A stretch of DNA of 64,000 nt. It comes from Octopus vulgaris (Eukaryota). The position numbers and the translations under genes were made by a program. The stretch covers positions 7,626,001-7,690,000 of the forward strand of contig OX597821.1 in the NCBI GenBank assembly GCA_951406725.2, given 5' to 3'. Positions 11,526 to 24,100 of this stretch are shown here, one piece after another (the first letter of the stretch is position 1; every line of letters begins with the position of its first letter). The notes under the pieces are model-generated. The model was not told the origin of the DNA, ran no database searches, and worked only from the letters and a program-made list of their open reading frames with translations.

Positions 11526-12459
11526 GGTCACATAGGCGCAGGAGTGGCTGTGTGGTAAGTAGCTTGCTAACCAACCACATGGTTCCGGGTTCAGTCCCAC
11601 TGCGTGGCATCTTGGGCAAGTGTCTTCTGCTATAGCCCCGGGCCGACCAATGCCTTGTGAGTGGATTTGGTAGACAGAAACTGAAAGAAGCCTGTCGTAT
11701 ATATGTATATATATGTGTATGTGTGTGTGTTTGTGTGTGTGTTTGTCCCCCTAGCATTGCTTGACAACCGATGCTGGTGTGTTTACATCCCCGTCACTTA
11801 GCGGTTCGGTAAGAGAGACCGATAGAATAAGTACTGGGCTTACAAAGTATAAGTCCTGGGGTCGATTTGCTCGACTAAAGGCGGTGCTCCAGCATGGCCG
11901 CAGTCAAATGACTGAAAACAAGTAAAAGAGTAAAGAGTAATAATGCATATGGATGAGAACAGTTGTATAAAGAAGTGTCAATCACTTAAAGTACTGGTAT
12001 GGTCACATATGGTCACATAGGCGCAGGAGTGGCTGTGTGGTAAGTAGCTTGCTAACCAACCACATGGTTCCGGGTTCAGTCCCACTGCGTGGCATCTTGG
12101 GCAAGTGTCTTCTGCTATGCCTTGTGAGTGGATTTGGTAGACAGAAACTGAAAGAAGCCTGTCGTATATATGTATATATATGTGTATGTGTGTGTGTTTG
12201 TGTGTGTGTTTGTCCCCCTAGCATTGCTTGACAACCGATGCTGGTGTGTTTACATCCCCGTCACTTAGCGGTTCGGTAAGAGAGACCGATAGAATAAGTA
12301 CTGGGCTTACAAAGTATAAGTCCTGGGGTCGATTTGCTCGACTAAAGACGGTGCTCCAGCATGGCCGCAGTCAAATGACTGAAAACAAGTAAAAGAGTAA
12401 AGAGTAATAATGCATATGGATGAGAACAGTTGTATAAAGAAGTGTCAATCACTTAAAGT
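11508..12459 (+). repeat. Near-identical tandem duplication (~485-bp unit: LINE fragment + family A SINE)
   Basis: Units 11508-11992 and 11993-12459 start actggtatggtcacatatggtcacatagg and end aatcacttaaagt. The second unit has an ~18-bp deletion in the SINE. Confidence 0.92.
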
Positions 12460-12906
12460 AGATGGAACTTATGGAAGAAAGGAACTCTGTAAGACATAGA
12501 ATGAAGTAGCAAAGGCTGATTTCAAGATTTTGAACCTTATGGAGGAGATGGTAGAGGATTGATATAATTGCTGATTTGCCGTGTTCAAGAAGACCCATTC
12601 TATCACTGCAGAAATGATATCCTAAAACCACCTTTGTTATGCTTGTACATGTGGAGCCCTGTTCGTCTTCTATCTCTTGACCTTGTCGAGCATCCCACCC
12701 CACCCCCCCGCATCTCACCCTTTAACACCCATCACACCTCTCCCTGTGGCACTACTCAGCCGTTGTAATCACCTGAGAACAGAATAGGCACATACAACAT
12801 CTCTGCCCTCCCCTGAACCACTTCCATTTCTAATTGTCATCCTTACCCATGTTATTTCCACCATTCATCTCCTTTTCTGCCTCCAGCCATTGCCCTCCCG
12901 GGCTAT

Positions 12907-13107
12907 ACTCTTTACTCTTCTACTTGTTTCAGTCATTTGACTGTGGCCATGCTGGAGCACCACCTTTAGTCGAGAAAATCGGATCCAAGACTTATTCTTT
13001 GTAAGCCTAGTACTTATTCTATCGGTCTCTCTTGCCGAACCGCTAAGTTACGAGGACATAAACACACCAGCATCGGTTGTCAAGCAATGTTGGGAGGACA
13101 AACATAA

Positions 13108-13138
<31 letters not shown>

Positions 13139-13315
13139 CATACATACATATATACGATGGGCTTCTTTCAGTTTCCATCTACCAAATCTACTCACAAGGG
13201 TTTGGTCAGCCTGAGGCTACAGTAGAAGACACTTGCCCAAAGTGCCACGCAGTGAGATTGAACCCAGAACCATGTGGTTGGTAAGCAAGCTACATACCAC
13301 ACAGCCACTCCTGCA
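12907..13315 (-). mobile_element. SINE family A, more diverged copy
   Basis: Reverse complement of the family A consensus. Confidence 0.88.
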
Positions 13316-13425
13316 CATATATTCCATTCTTAACACCCTTCTTACCCCTGTCACTCTCAGTGCCCTCTCACATCTATCATCATCCCACTCACAGCTTTTC
13401 CTATATCTCCCACCACCATTCACTA

Positions 13426-13843
13426 TTCTCTTTCTCTTTTTTTACTCTTTTTACTTGTTTCAGTCATTTGACTGCGGCCATGCTGGAGCACCGCCTTTAG
13501 TCGAGCAAATCGACCCCGGGACTTATTCTTTGTAAGCCCAGTACTTATTCTATCGGTCTCTTTTGCCGAACCGCTAAGTGACGGGGACGTAAACACACCA
13601 GCATCGGTTGTCAAGCAATGCTAGGGAACAAACACAGACACACAAACATATACACACACACTTATATATATATACATATATACGACAGGCTTCTTTCAGT
13701 TTCCGTCTACCAAATCCACTCACAAGGCATTGGTCGGCCCGGGGCTATAGCAGAAGACACTTGCCCAAGGTGCCACGCAGTGGGACTGAACCCGGAACCA
13801 TGTGGTTGGTAAGCAAGCTACATACCACACAGCCACTCCTGCA
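13426..13843 (-). mobile_element. SINE family A, young copy
   Basis: Close match to the best-preserved copies at 31206 and 40943. Confidence 0.9.
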
Positions 13844-14217
13844 CATATATTCCATTCTTAACACCCTTCTTCCCCCTGTCACTCTCAGTTCCCTCTCACA
13901 TCTACCATCATCCCACTCACAGCTTTTCCTATATCTCTCACCACCATTCACTATATGCACCTCTACAACATCTTACCTACCTCTATCCTCCCCTACTGTA
14001 GTCCATTGTATCTTGAGCCCACCACTTTTATCTTCTTTCCAGTTCTCCACTAACTAACCTCATATCTCTATTACAAGCCACCTAAGCTTGTTCTTCCATC
14101 ACACTCTAGCTTCTCAACACCTGGCACAGAACCATTGCCCCTCCTCTAGTACTGTCCCATCCTCACCCTCACCCACTCAAGGAAAGTGATAAGGATGTGT
14201 CACATTATTGCAAGAAC

Positions 14218-14620
14218 TGTGGCTGTGTGGTAAGTAGCTTGCTAACCAACCACATGGTTCCAGGTTCAGTCCCACTGTGTGGCATCTTGGGCAAGTGTCT
14301 TCTGCTATAGCCCCGGGCCAACCAATGCCTTGTGAGTGGATTTGGGAGATGGAAACTGAAAGAAGCCTGTCATATATATGTATATATATATAAGTGTGTG
14401 TGTATATGTTTGTGTGTCTGTGTTTGTCCCCCTAGCATTGCTTGACAACCGATGCTGATGTGTTTATGTCCCTGTCACTTAGCAGTTCGGCAAAAGCGAC
14501 CGATAGAATAAGTACTGGGCTTACAAAGAATAAGTCCCGGGGTCGATTTGCTCGACTAAAGACGGTGCTCCAGCATGGCCGTAGTCAAATGACTGAAACA
14601 AGTAAAAGAGTAAAAGAGAG
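14218..14620 (+). mobile_element. SINE family A
   Basis: Head gtggctgtgtggtaagtagc through tail gactgaaacaagtaaaagagtaaaag. Confidence 0.88.
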
Positions 14621-14831
14621 AGTATGTCTATTGACAGATGAACAGAAAAAGAAAATCTAGGGGTCAGGATCATTGTTACAGTAACCCCAAAACAGCATGT
14701 CAGAATCATGCATATGTGAACTTGATGGTGATCATCTTTTTTGATCAATTTATGAGTTTCTTCCAGACCTCTAGTCTTGCTGGCTGTGCCAGGCAGAAGA
14801 AATGGAGAGAGGGTGGGGCAGTTCTCATATG

Positions 14832-15222
14832 CAAGAATAGGTGCATTGTTGTGATGAAGTGTCTGGGTTTCGCTTGTCTTTACATCTCTTCCTTTACGCT
14901 GCCTCTTCCAAATGCCATCAATGAAGACTTTATTTGGATCTCCTGAGACATTTGGAAGAGACAGGGTAAAAGAAGAGATGTGAGGCACAGACAGACTAGT
15001 GAGTGGATTTGGTTGATGGAAACTGAAAGAAGCCCATTGTATATATGTATGTGTGTGTGTGTTTATGTTTGTGTGTGTGTTTGTCCTCCCAACATTGCTT
15101 GACAACCGATGCTGGTGTGTTTACGTCCTCGTAACTTAGCGGTTCGGCAAGAGAGACCGATAGAATAAGTACTAGGCACAGACAAACCTAGACACTTCAT
15201 CTCAACACTGCACCTATCCTTG
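14832..15222. mobile_element. Foldback/MITE-like element interrupted by a SINE fragment
   Basis: Inverted arms caagaataggtgca / tgcacctatccttg, gatgaagtgtct / agacacttcatc and ctcttccaaatg / catttggaagag. SINE fragment 14998-15174 is flanked by repeated aggcacagaca. Confidence 0.7.
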
Positions 15223-16040
15223 GGTTTTAGGTAAAGCATGATAAAGCTTATACCATCCACGACCACCACCGCCACAAGCAGTTACCCTTGTTGCTGGATT
15301 TGGCTTCTGTGGACTTTTTTCTTTTCCTTTTATTTCTTTGAAATCCACCCAGAAAAAGTCACTAATGTCGGACAAAAGAAGAAACTGAGGAAATTTTGCT
15401 ACAAGAACTACGTACTACTCCTATTTCTAGCTTCTCAAGCAACCAGGTAGAGGCCTCCTCAGTGGTGGTCATACATTGTTGGAGATGGTCGTAACGGCAG
15501 TGGTTATTGTAGAGTGGCTGCTGTTGAAAGTGGTGGTTGTTTGCAGTGTAGCGAAAAATAAGGATGACTGTGGTGGCAGCGACGGCAATGTTGATGATGA
15601 TAAAGTAATAGCTGTAGTATGGGTGATGGTGGGAGGAGATTGTTCAAGTGAACATATATATATACGCACGTGTGCGTGTGTGCATGTGTGCGTGAAGCTG
15701 CAATGCATAATAGATTTACATATTAATTTATTAATTTAATTCAGCGTTAATGAATGAAATCTACTCTTTTCCATATTCTCCGTTGTCCTTTAGCAATTTG
15801 AATGACTTAGATGATATATTGGTCATTGTTGTTGCTGGATAGAGAATATTTTCAAGATGTCTCTTTCTCTCCCTCTCTCTCTCTCTTTCTTCTCTCATAT
15901 GCCTGTCTTTAAGACTATTTTCTCTCTCTGTCTCTCTCCTCTCTCTTTTGCGACTCTCTGCCATGGCCTGTCTGTTTCTCAAATCTCATTCTCCTCCTTT
16001 TTCTGGCATGGTCTATCTGTCCCTTCAGTCTGTGTGTGTA

Positions 16041-16118
<78 letters not shown>

Positions 16119-16759
16119 TAGATAGATAGATACATACATACATACATACAGACAGACAGACAGATATAAATAGGGAGATCTAGACAGATACATACAAAAA
16201 TATGTTTACCTGTCTCTCTAACTGTTTAACACACTTTCTCTTTCTCTCTCACATTGTCTGTCTATCTTTAATTACTTTCTCTCCACACTCTCTCTCTCTC
16301 TCTCTCTCTCTCTCTACCATATTCTTTCTCATCTTCTCTGCTTCTATCTCACAGTCCCCCTCCCTTTTACTCTCTACCAACCACACTGTCTCTCTCTTTC
16401 GACTCTCATTCTTCACTCCCCCTCTCTCTCTTTCAGTCTCTCTCTAACTCCTCTCCCCTCCACTATCCCACTCTCTCTCTCTCTCTCCATCTCTTCTGCC
16501 TGGTACAGCCATCAAGACTAGAGGTCTGTTTGAGGGGTTTATGTAATATTTAGGTAGCTTCTTAATTAGGCTTCTTGCAGAGCTCTATAACGACAGAAGT
16601 ATTTCTGTTGCTGAGGAGACATTCCCTGGCACCGTCTCTGTTGAGGTAGACATTGTGTCTTCATCGTTATTTTGAAGAAATACTCAACTGAGAAGCAAAA
16701 CATGTCCACTGCACAAAGATGTTCTTGTTGCTGTCTCTGATTTATGTACTTTATGTATG

Positions 16760-16817
<58 letters not shown>

Positions 16818-17189
16818 TATACACAAACATATATACACACACACATATATATATATATACATATATACATACATATGTCTGTGATTTATGTAGTCACATG
16901 CACGTATATGCACACACACATACACATTTGTGTGAGTGTTTAAATACACATACATATATATACACACACACACACACACACGCATATGCATGTATGTATA
17001 TATAGCTATGTGGTTAAGATGTCTTTACAATTCTGTGGTTGTATATTGAATTGCACCGTGAGGTGCCGTGAGTAATTTGTGTCTTGAGAGAGACATTACG
17101 CTTATATCCAAGCATAACTAAATGTTCACACACACAAACAGAAGAAGAGAACTAAAGAAACACTCAAACGAATTAGTTTTGAATTAGTG

Positions 17190-17283
17190 ATGCCAAAACA
17201 GCCATGCCAAAACAGCCATGCCAAAACAGCCATGCCAAAACAGCCATGCCAAAACAGCCATGCCAAAACAGCCATGCCAAAAC
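17190..17283. repeat. Perfect 14-bp minisatellite (atgccaaaacagcc), about 6.7 copies
   Basis: Direct reading. Confidence 0.95.
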
Positions 17284-17424
17284 GTCTCACGCCTACCAGG
17301 AGTGTTTCTCAATCAGAGTTCCCCGCAATCCTAGGGGTTCTGCATGAAAGCGTGAGATAAACCAATGCTAATTTCATGATTGTAATATTACTATGCATGC
17401 ACAACACATTATCGGTTATTGTAA

Positions 17425-17674
17425 TTAGAGTCGTAGTGTCAAAACAATATACTTTGACTCTGACTCCTCTACTATTGGCACCTCCGACTCCTCTTTATGT
17501 AATTAAGTGATTGTGGTCTGCATATCCCATAAAGCATAGGCATACGCTTGTACTTTGAGTAGGCCTCTATGTTATAATTGGTTGATATTAAAGAATAAAG
17601 ATATTGTGAGTCGTAGTTGGTATAGTTTTACCGACTCCGACTCCTCTTTAATTGTTTCTGACTCCACAGCCCTG
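17425..17674. mobile_element. Probable non-autonomous DNA transposon with (cgactc) subterminal repeats
   Basis: Repeated gactcc/ccgactcc motifs, end ...gactccacagccctg, and attgtaat on both sides (possible 8-bp TSD, hAT-like). Confidence 0.45.
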
Positions 17675-17757
17675 ATTGTAATATTGTAATATAGACATCA
17701 TCCTATCTAACCTATTATGTTATCAAAAAAATATAACAACTATTGGGGATATATAAA

Positions 17758-17791
<34 letters not shown>

Positions 17792-20206
17792 CAGGAGTGG
17801 CTATGTGGTAAGTAGCTTGCTTACCAACCACATGGTTCCAGGTTCAGTCCCACTGCGTGGCACCTTGGGCAAGTGTCTTCTACTATAGCCTCGGGCCGAC
17901 CTTACAGCATGTACTGGGTGCATTTTTCGTGCCACTTGCACTATTGAGGTCGCCAAGCAGTTTGCTGGGCTACAAGCCCTGGTGGAGGGAGGGGTGTCAG
18001 CTTCATGCTAGGGGATGATGGTATATGACGGTGATGGGAGAACAGAACAGGTGTAATGGGATCTTCATAACTACTCACAACCTGTTGGGGAAAGCTAATA
18101 GAGGGTAAGAGAACATGATCAGTAGAAACTGCATAAGTTATATATAAGCATTTTATATATGATGAGCTTCTTTGAATTTCCATCTCTCAAATTCCTTACA
18201 AGCTTGGTCTGGGCCTATTTTAGAACAGATTTGCTTCAAGTACATGGCTGCTTAGATGTCTTCTATTGTTATTGCTAAACACAGGTTAGGCTTTTCTGAT
18301 CACTACTACCATCCTGAACAACAAAACCATATCAGATTTATAATTTGAAGACAACTGCACTCTAACAGAGGATGAAGAGACTATTCAACTACATTTCTAA
18401 GGACACCAAACATAAAGGGCCTAATAAAGGTAGCAGAGGATGGAAATTCCTGGCATTGTGTAGTGAAGCATTCTTTGGTTGTGATGACTTGAAGAAGACC
18501 TTACACACGCACGCACACGCACACATGTATTCTTTTAACATCTGCTTTCCATGCTGGCATCAGATAGACAGTTTGACTGAAACTAGTAAGCTGGAGAGCT
18601 GCACCAGGTTCTAATCTAATTTAGTAGGGTCTCTATGGCTGGATGCCCTTTCTAATGCCCACCACTCCAAGAGTATAAATGGATGCTTTTTATATGACAC
18701 CAGCATCAGCCACAATTTCACTTGGCTTTACGAGTCTTCTCAAGCACAGCATATTGCCAGTGGTCTTGATCACTTGTCATCACCTCTGTTGAAGGGTGCT
18801 TTTTACGTGACACTGACATTGGTCACAACTACAGTTTCATTTGGCTTGATAGATCAAGGGAAATCATAGTCATGACCGATGCCTGTGTCTCATAACTTGC
18901 ACATGCATGTATATGCAACAAACAAGCGTATTAAACTGATTTTCTTTTCTAGGGCTAGCCTCATGGACACCATGACAGTCTCCCATATGCATCATGGTCC
19001 TCTTTCCTTAGTTTTGTGGTTCCTTGTGCATCCTTTAAGTTGTCCCTTACGACTAATGACTCTGTGATGTACCAGTTCTAAAACCAGGACATACAATAAA
19101 CTCATATCTATGCATGTGCACACACACACAGTGGGCTTCCATGCAGTTTCCTTCTTCTGAATTCTACTCACAAAGCGTTGATCAGCCTGTTGCTGTGGTC
19201 AAAAGGCACTTGTCCAAGGCACCAGGTAGTGGAATCAAACCTGGGAACACACGGCTGCCAAGGAAAACTTGGTAATGCACAGCCATGCCTTTGTCCTTTA
19301 GTCGGCTTACTCATTAACACTTATTTGGTAAAGGAAATCTTGAATTCGCTTCTCCTTGTCACTGGCATTCATCTCCTTGGCATTGACAGTCTCTTCTTTA
19401 AGATTCATTAATGCTTAACACTGAAAAATGTCATTGTGTGTGTGTGGACACTGGTTTTAGGAAGACAATTCTTCATTCTACATCCATTTACATCTGTGTT
19501 CTAGTTGCCTTGGTCACTAATAGCAAGATGCAGGCATGTCAGCTGGCTGGCATTAAATAGCCGCAGAAATTCCGAGCATGTTTAAGAATATGGCAAAGAA
19601 ATCACTGAGAGCATGGCATGGCAAAAATAAAAAGAAAAGAGAAGAAAAAACTGTTGTCCATCCACAAGAAATAACATTCGGCACTTAACATATCGTAATT
19701 TGAAATGTGAAATTCCCATAAATATTGTAGAAAACACATAATAATTGACGAGAACTACTTGGTGTTATATGTCTGTTATGATGTATGTCTGTTGTTGTTT
19801 AAGGCAGTGATTTGGTAGAGTTATGTGTGCATTGGATAGAATACCATACAATATGTGTTCTGATTAACTGTTGGCTCCGAGTTCAAATCCTGCCACGGTC
19901 ATCTTCCACTTACTTCCTTCTTTCAGGGGCCAGTCAAAGAATGACTAATCTTCCTCAAAATCTCTTTCCTAGACATGTACATACATGTGCAGATGACTGG
20001 CCAATGTTGACTCGTGGAGGTCCCATGGAGAAATATTACTGTGCTTGGAAATAGGTGAGGGTTAGCAACAGGAAGAGTATGTGGCTGTAGAAAATCTACC
20101 TCAATGAACTCCACCCATTCAACCCATGCAAGCATAAAAATGTGGACACTAAAATTATGGTGATGATGATGATGATGGTCATTATCATCATCAACATCAT
20201 GACATA

Positions 20207-20427
20207 TGAGGTGGTGCTGAAAAGTTCCTGGCTTTAAGGGTATCACAAAAGGCCTGGTTGGAGACCCAACCTTCTGAGTTCTTTTGCAAGGCTTAGAAAA
20301 ACTGAAGGACCACTGCAATAAGTGTGTGAATCTGAGAAGGGAATGAATATGTTGAATAAAATCATAATTAACTGATCCTCTTGTATTTTCTTTCACCCAA
20401 AGCCAGGAACTTTTCAGTACCCTCTTG
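20207..20427 (+). mobile_element. Mariner-derived MITE (~220 bp)
   Basis: TIRs ggtgctgaaaagttcctggcttt / aaagccaggaacttttcagtacc following a TA. The interior encodes GLEKLKDHCNKCVNLR, like a mariner transposase C-terminus. Confidence 0.8.
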
Positions 20428-20458
20428 TGTATGCACACATAGTTATTAAATAAATCAC

Positions 20459-20837
20459 AGGAGTGGCTGTGTGGTAAGTAGCTTGCTTACCAACCACATG
20501 GTTCCAGGTTCGGTCCCACTGCATGGCACCTTGGGCAAGTGTCTTCTTCTATAACCTCGGGCTGACTAAAAGCCTTGTGAGTGAATTTGGTAGACGGAAA
20601 CTGAAAGAACCCTGTTATATATATATATAATGTTTGTGTGTCTGTGTTTCTCCCCCCAACATCACTTGACAACCAACGCTGGTATGCTTACATCCCCATA
20701 ACTTAGCGGTTCAGCAAAAGAGACCGATAGAATAAGTACTAAGCTTACAAAGAATAAGTCCTGGGGTCAATTTGCTCGACTAAAGGCAGTGCTCCAGCAT
20801 GGCCACAGTCAAATGACTGAAACAAATAAAAGAATAA
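20459..20837 (+). mobile_element. SINE family A
   Basis: Matches the family consensus. Confidence 0.87.
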
Positions 20838-20876
20838 ATTTGTGTGTGTGAATGTATATAAGTATATACAGTTAAT

Positions 20877-21195
20877 GAAGACGTGTGGCTTAGTGGTTAA
20901 GGATTCGGCTCACGATCGTAAGGTCGTGAGTTCAATTCCTGGTGGCATATTGTGTCCCTGAACAAGGAACTTTATTTCACAATGCTCCAATCTATCCAGC
21001 TGGCAAAAATGAGTAGTACCTGTAATTGAAAGGGCCAGCCTTGTCACATTCCATGTCATGCTGAATCTCCCTGGGAACTACATTGAGGGTATATGTGTCT
21101 GTGGAATGCTCAGCCACTTGCATGTTAATTTCATGAGCAGGCCATTCCATTGATCGTATCAACTGAACCCTCATCACCATAACCAGTTGAGTGCC
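20877..21195 (+). mobile_element. tRNA-derived SINE, further family (copy at 60870-61190)
   Basis: A/B-box-like head gtggcttagtgg..gagttcaattcc; body shared with 60870-61190. Confidence 0.75.
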
Positions 21196-24100
21196 AATTT
21201 ATATACACTTAGTAAATACACACACATTAAATACATGTACTTTACATATGCATTGAATATACATACATCATTTATTGGACTTCTCATCACTGTTGTCTAG
21301 TTCTCACTTCTATCGATTCGGTAACCATAACTTCTTATATTCTTCTAAATTCTATCCTAAAATATCTGCATTCTCCCTAAAGCATTTCATCATATTCTTC
21401 CTCCATGCAAAATTTCTTCAATTCAAACTAGAATTTAATCAGATTTTTTAAATTATTTAACTGTTTGACGCCAACCTGTCTGAGACCATCCTTGATTCTT
21501 TGATACTAATTTATGTTGTAAACAGTTATTTTACTGAATTCTTCATTATTTTGTAAAGGCGTGTGGCCTAGTAGTTAGGGTTTTGCACTCATGATTACCA
21601 GATTGTAGGTTCAATTCCCATACCAGGCAGCATGTTGTGTTTTTGAGCAAAATGTTTGTTTCACGTTGCTCTAGCACTGTGTGGAGAACTGGCATGCCAA
21701 AGAATAGACCCAGCGTTTCCACTGTGTGTCGTAAAAGGTAACTGAAAGAGTTTGAGGTAGGATTTACACTCTGACCGCATAAAAACCCTCACCAGCGACC
21801 ACTACACAGAACCATGGGTTGGAGGGTTGTTACCTGAGTGGGACAAATGTGTCATCCACCAGAAATAGGGAATCACTAGCAAATGGTGGATGCAATAATA
21901 CACTGTTACAGCGCATACCCCATACTACTACTACTGCTACTACTACTGCTACTACTACTGCTACTGCTGCTGCTTCATTATTTGCAAAATTACTTGAAGC
22001 AAAGGCAGTGTTTTCCATTAGAAATAGGAGTGGCTGTGCGGTAAGTAGCTTGCTTACCAAACACATGGTTCTGGGTTCATTCCCACTGCGTGGCACCTTG
22101 GGTAAATGTCTTCTACTACAGCCTCGGGCCAACCAAAGCCTTGTGAGTGGATTTGGTAGACAGAAACTGAAAGAAGCCCATCGTATATATGCATATATAT
22201 ATGTATGTGCATGTATGTTTGTGTGTCTGTGTTTGTCTGTCATCCTTTCAGGGTCAATAAGATAAGGACCAGTTGAACACTGGGTTCTATGTAATTGACT
22301 TACCCACCTCCCCCAAAATTGCTGGCCTCATGCCAAAATTTGAAACCAAGATTAGTTTTTTTCAAGTATTTATAGAATGTTATTTAACCCCAGGCAGGCA
22401 TTGGTCAAGAAGGTATATGATGAACAGAAAATCTAGCCATGACCATCCACTCATTCTTGTTTTTCGGATAGTGTATTTGATTTTTTTTCTGTAAGATTGT
22501 AAGGTGTGATTTGGGAAGTAATGGATTGGCTGCTATTTCTAGGAAATCTGGCAACCACGTAGAGGCTTCATCTTTTCTTTTTCTAGAATAACTCTTATAA
22601 TAGTTGAATATTATGCCAGTGGTGTGAAACAGTGATAAGCTGCTTTCTAAGACCTCCTGCTTAGCAACACTTAATTGTTCTGCCATTTGCATCTGTTGAA
22701 GACAACTTGCTTCAGGAAGTCACCATGTGGTAGGTCAATCTGACAGAAATAGCTGTTAAATCTCCCTCATTTCACATTATATCATCTTTAAAAAGAAAAA
22801 AAAGGGACACCTTGATTAAAGTACTCCACAACTCAAACTTCTTCAACTTTTAGCTCTGCTGGTTAATGGCTGTCCTGAGGCGTACACAACAACAGCAATA
22901 ACGACAGGAAGAAAACTAGCATCAGATAATGTACTCCTTGGTACACTATACCTGAATGACGCATCTTGAAATATATTATCTGATATGACTCTCTATACTG
23001 TGAGTTCAAATCACACTGAAATCAACTTTGCCTTTCACCATTTCAGGGTCAATAAAAAAAAAAGTACCAGTCCAGAGCAGTACTTACTTATTTCAGCCCT
23101 TTATACCCTATAGAGTATTACCCATCAATGACTTTTTTTCCATTGCTCTCAACTTTGGACTATCTTTTCTGCTTCTCTTCAGTTGGATCCCTGCTTTTTT
23201 CCTTACAGCCCTTTTCAAATTCCACTGCACCTTGTCATATGAGAGAAGGCCTCAATCTTGTTGGCTTTAAATGCTCATCATTGTTTCTGTAGATTGCCCT
23301 TTTCTAAGTAAGGGTGTTTCCATCCACAAGCCCATTTTTACTTCTGGGAAGAGGTGGACCATATTAATCTGGCCTCTATCCTTTGATCTGTTTTGCATGG
23401 GAGGCCCTACTAGGTGCTTTGTGCTCTGCTGGGATAGCTCTCATGGTTATTGAGGCATGCAAGCCACCACACCATAACAAGGACTGAGTGGCAGAATCCA
23501 GGGCAGTGGATTGAAAGGATTGCAAGAATGTCATACTGGATGCTTTGATGCTTTGCAATATTTTTTCTAGTTTTCCTTATGTTCTGAGTTCAAATTCTGC
23601 TATGGCATTTCAACATCACCACCTGGCACCTTGAATGTTTTGGGGCCAAGTCTTAAATTTGAGGGTATCTTGTTCCCTCCCTCCATCTCACCAGTTTCAG
23701 AGGGCCCATAAAGGGCCATGGGGTCATGGTCACTGTTCTTCCCTCCTGGCTAAAAGATGAAAAAGGAAAAGAAGGGATGGTCATTGTTAGAAGGTTTTTC
23801 ACCAATAGGTCAGCTGGATTAGGGCAGATCTGGAACTAAATCACAACAATAAGAAAGGAGGAAACATTAGAGGATGTAGTCCTAGATACACTATTTCTGA
23901 ATAAAAAGTTAAGATGTTCATTTTTTTAATATCTTTTTAGTCAGTGCTTGTAACCATTTACAGGGTCTCCAGGACTAGTTGGAGGAAAGAGGGGCTCCTC
24001 AAATGAGAGGCCTGGCTCGAATATTTGCAACATGGTGGGCTCCATTGAAGGCACCCAACAACCAGGTGGTAGTGTTAATTTGTATAGCAATTTCTATCTC

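Noticed and set aside
16581-16645. Possible missing GRK RH-domain exon (ttgcag..ag|gtagac, phases 0/2)
   Set aside because: The translation SSITTEVFLLLRRHSLAPSLL does not resemble the GRK RH helices and is too short.
20877-20950. tRNA genes at SINE heads
   Set aside because: A/B boxes are present but there is no complete cloverleaf, and each continues into a SINE body.
23340-23495. HDV-like ribozyme at an RTE-like 5' end (minus strand)
   Set aside because: It resembles RTE 5' regions, but I could not build a complete nested double pseudoknot from this decayed copy.
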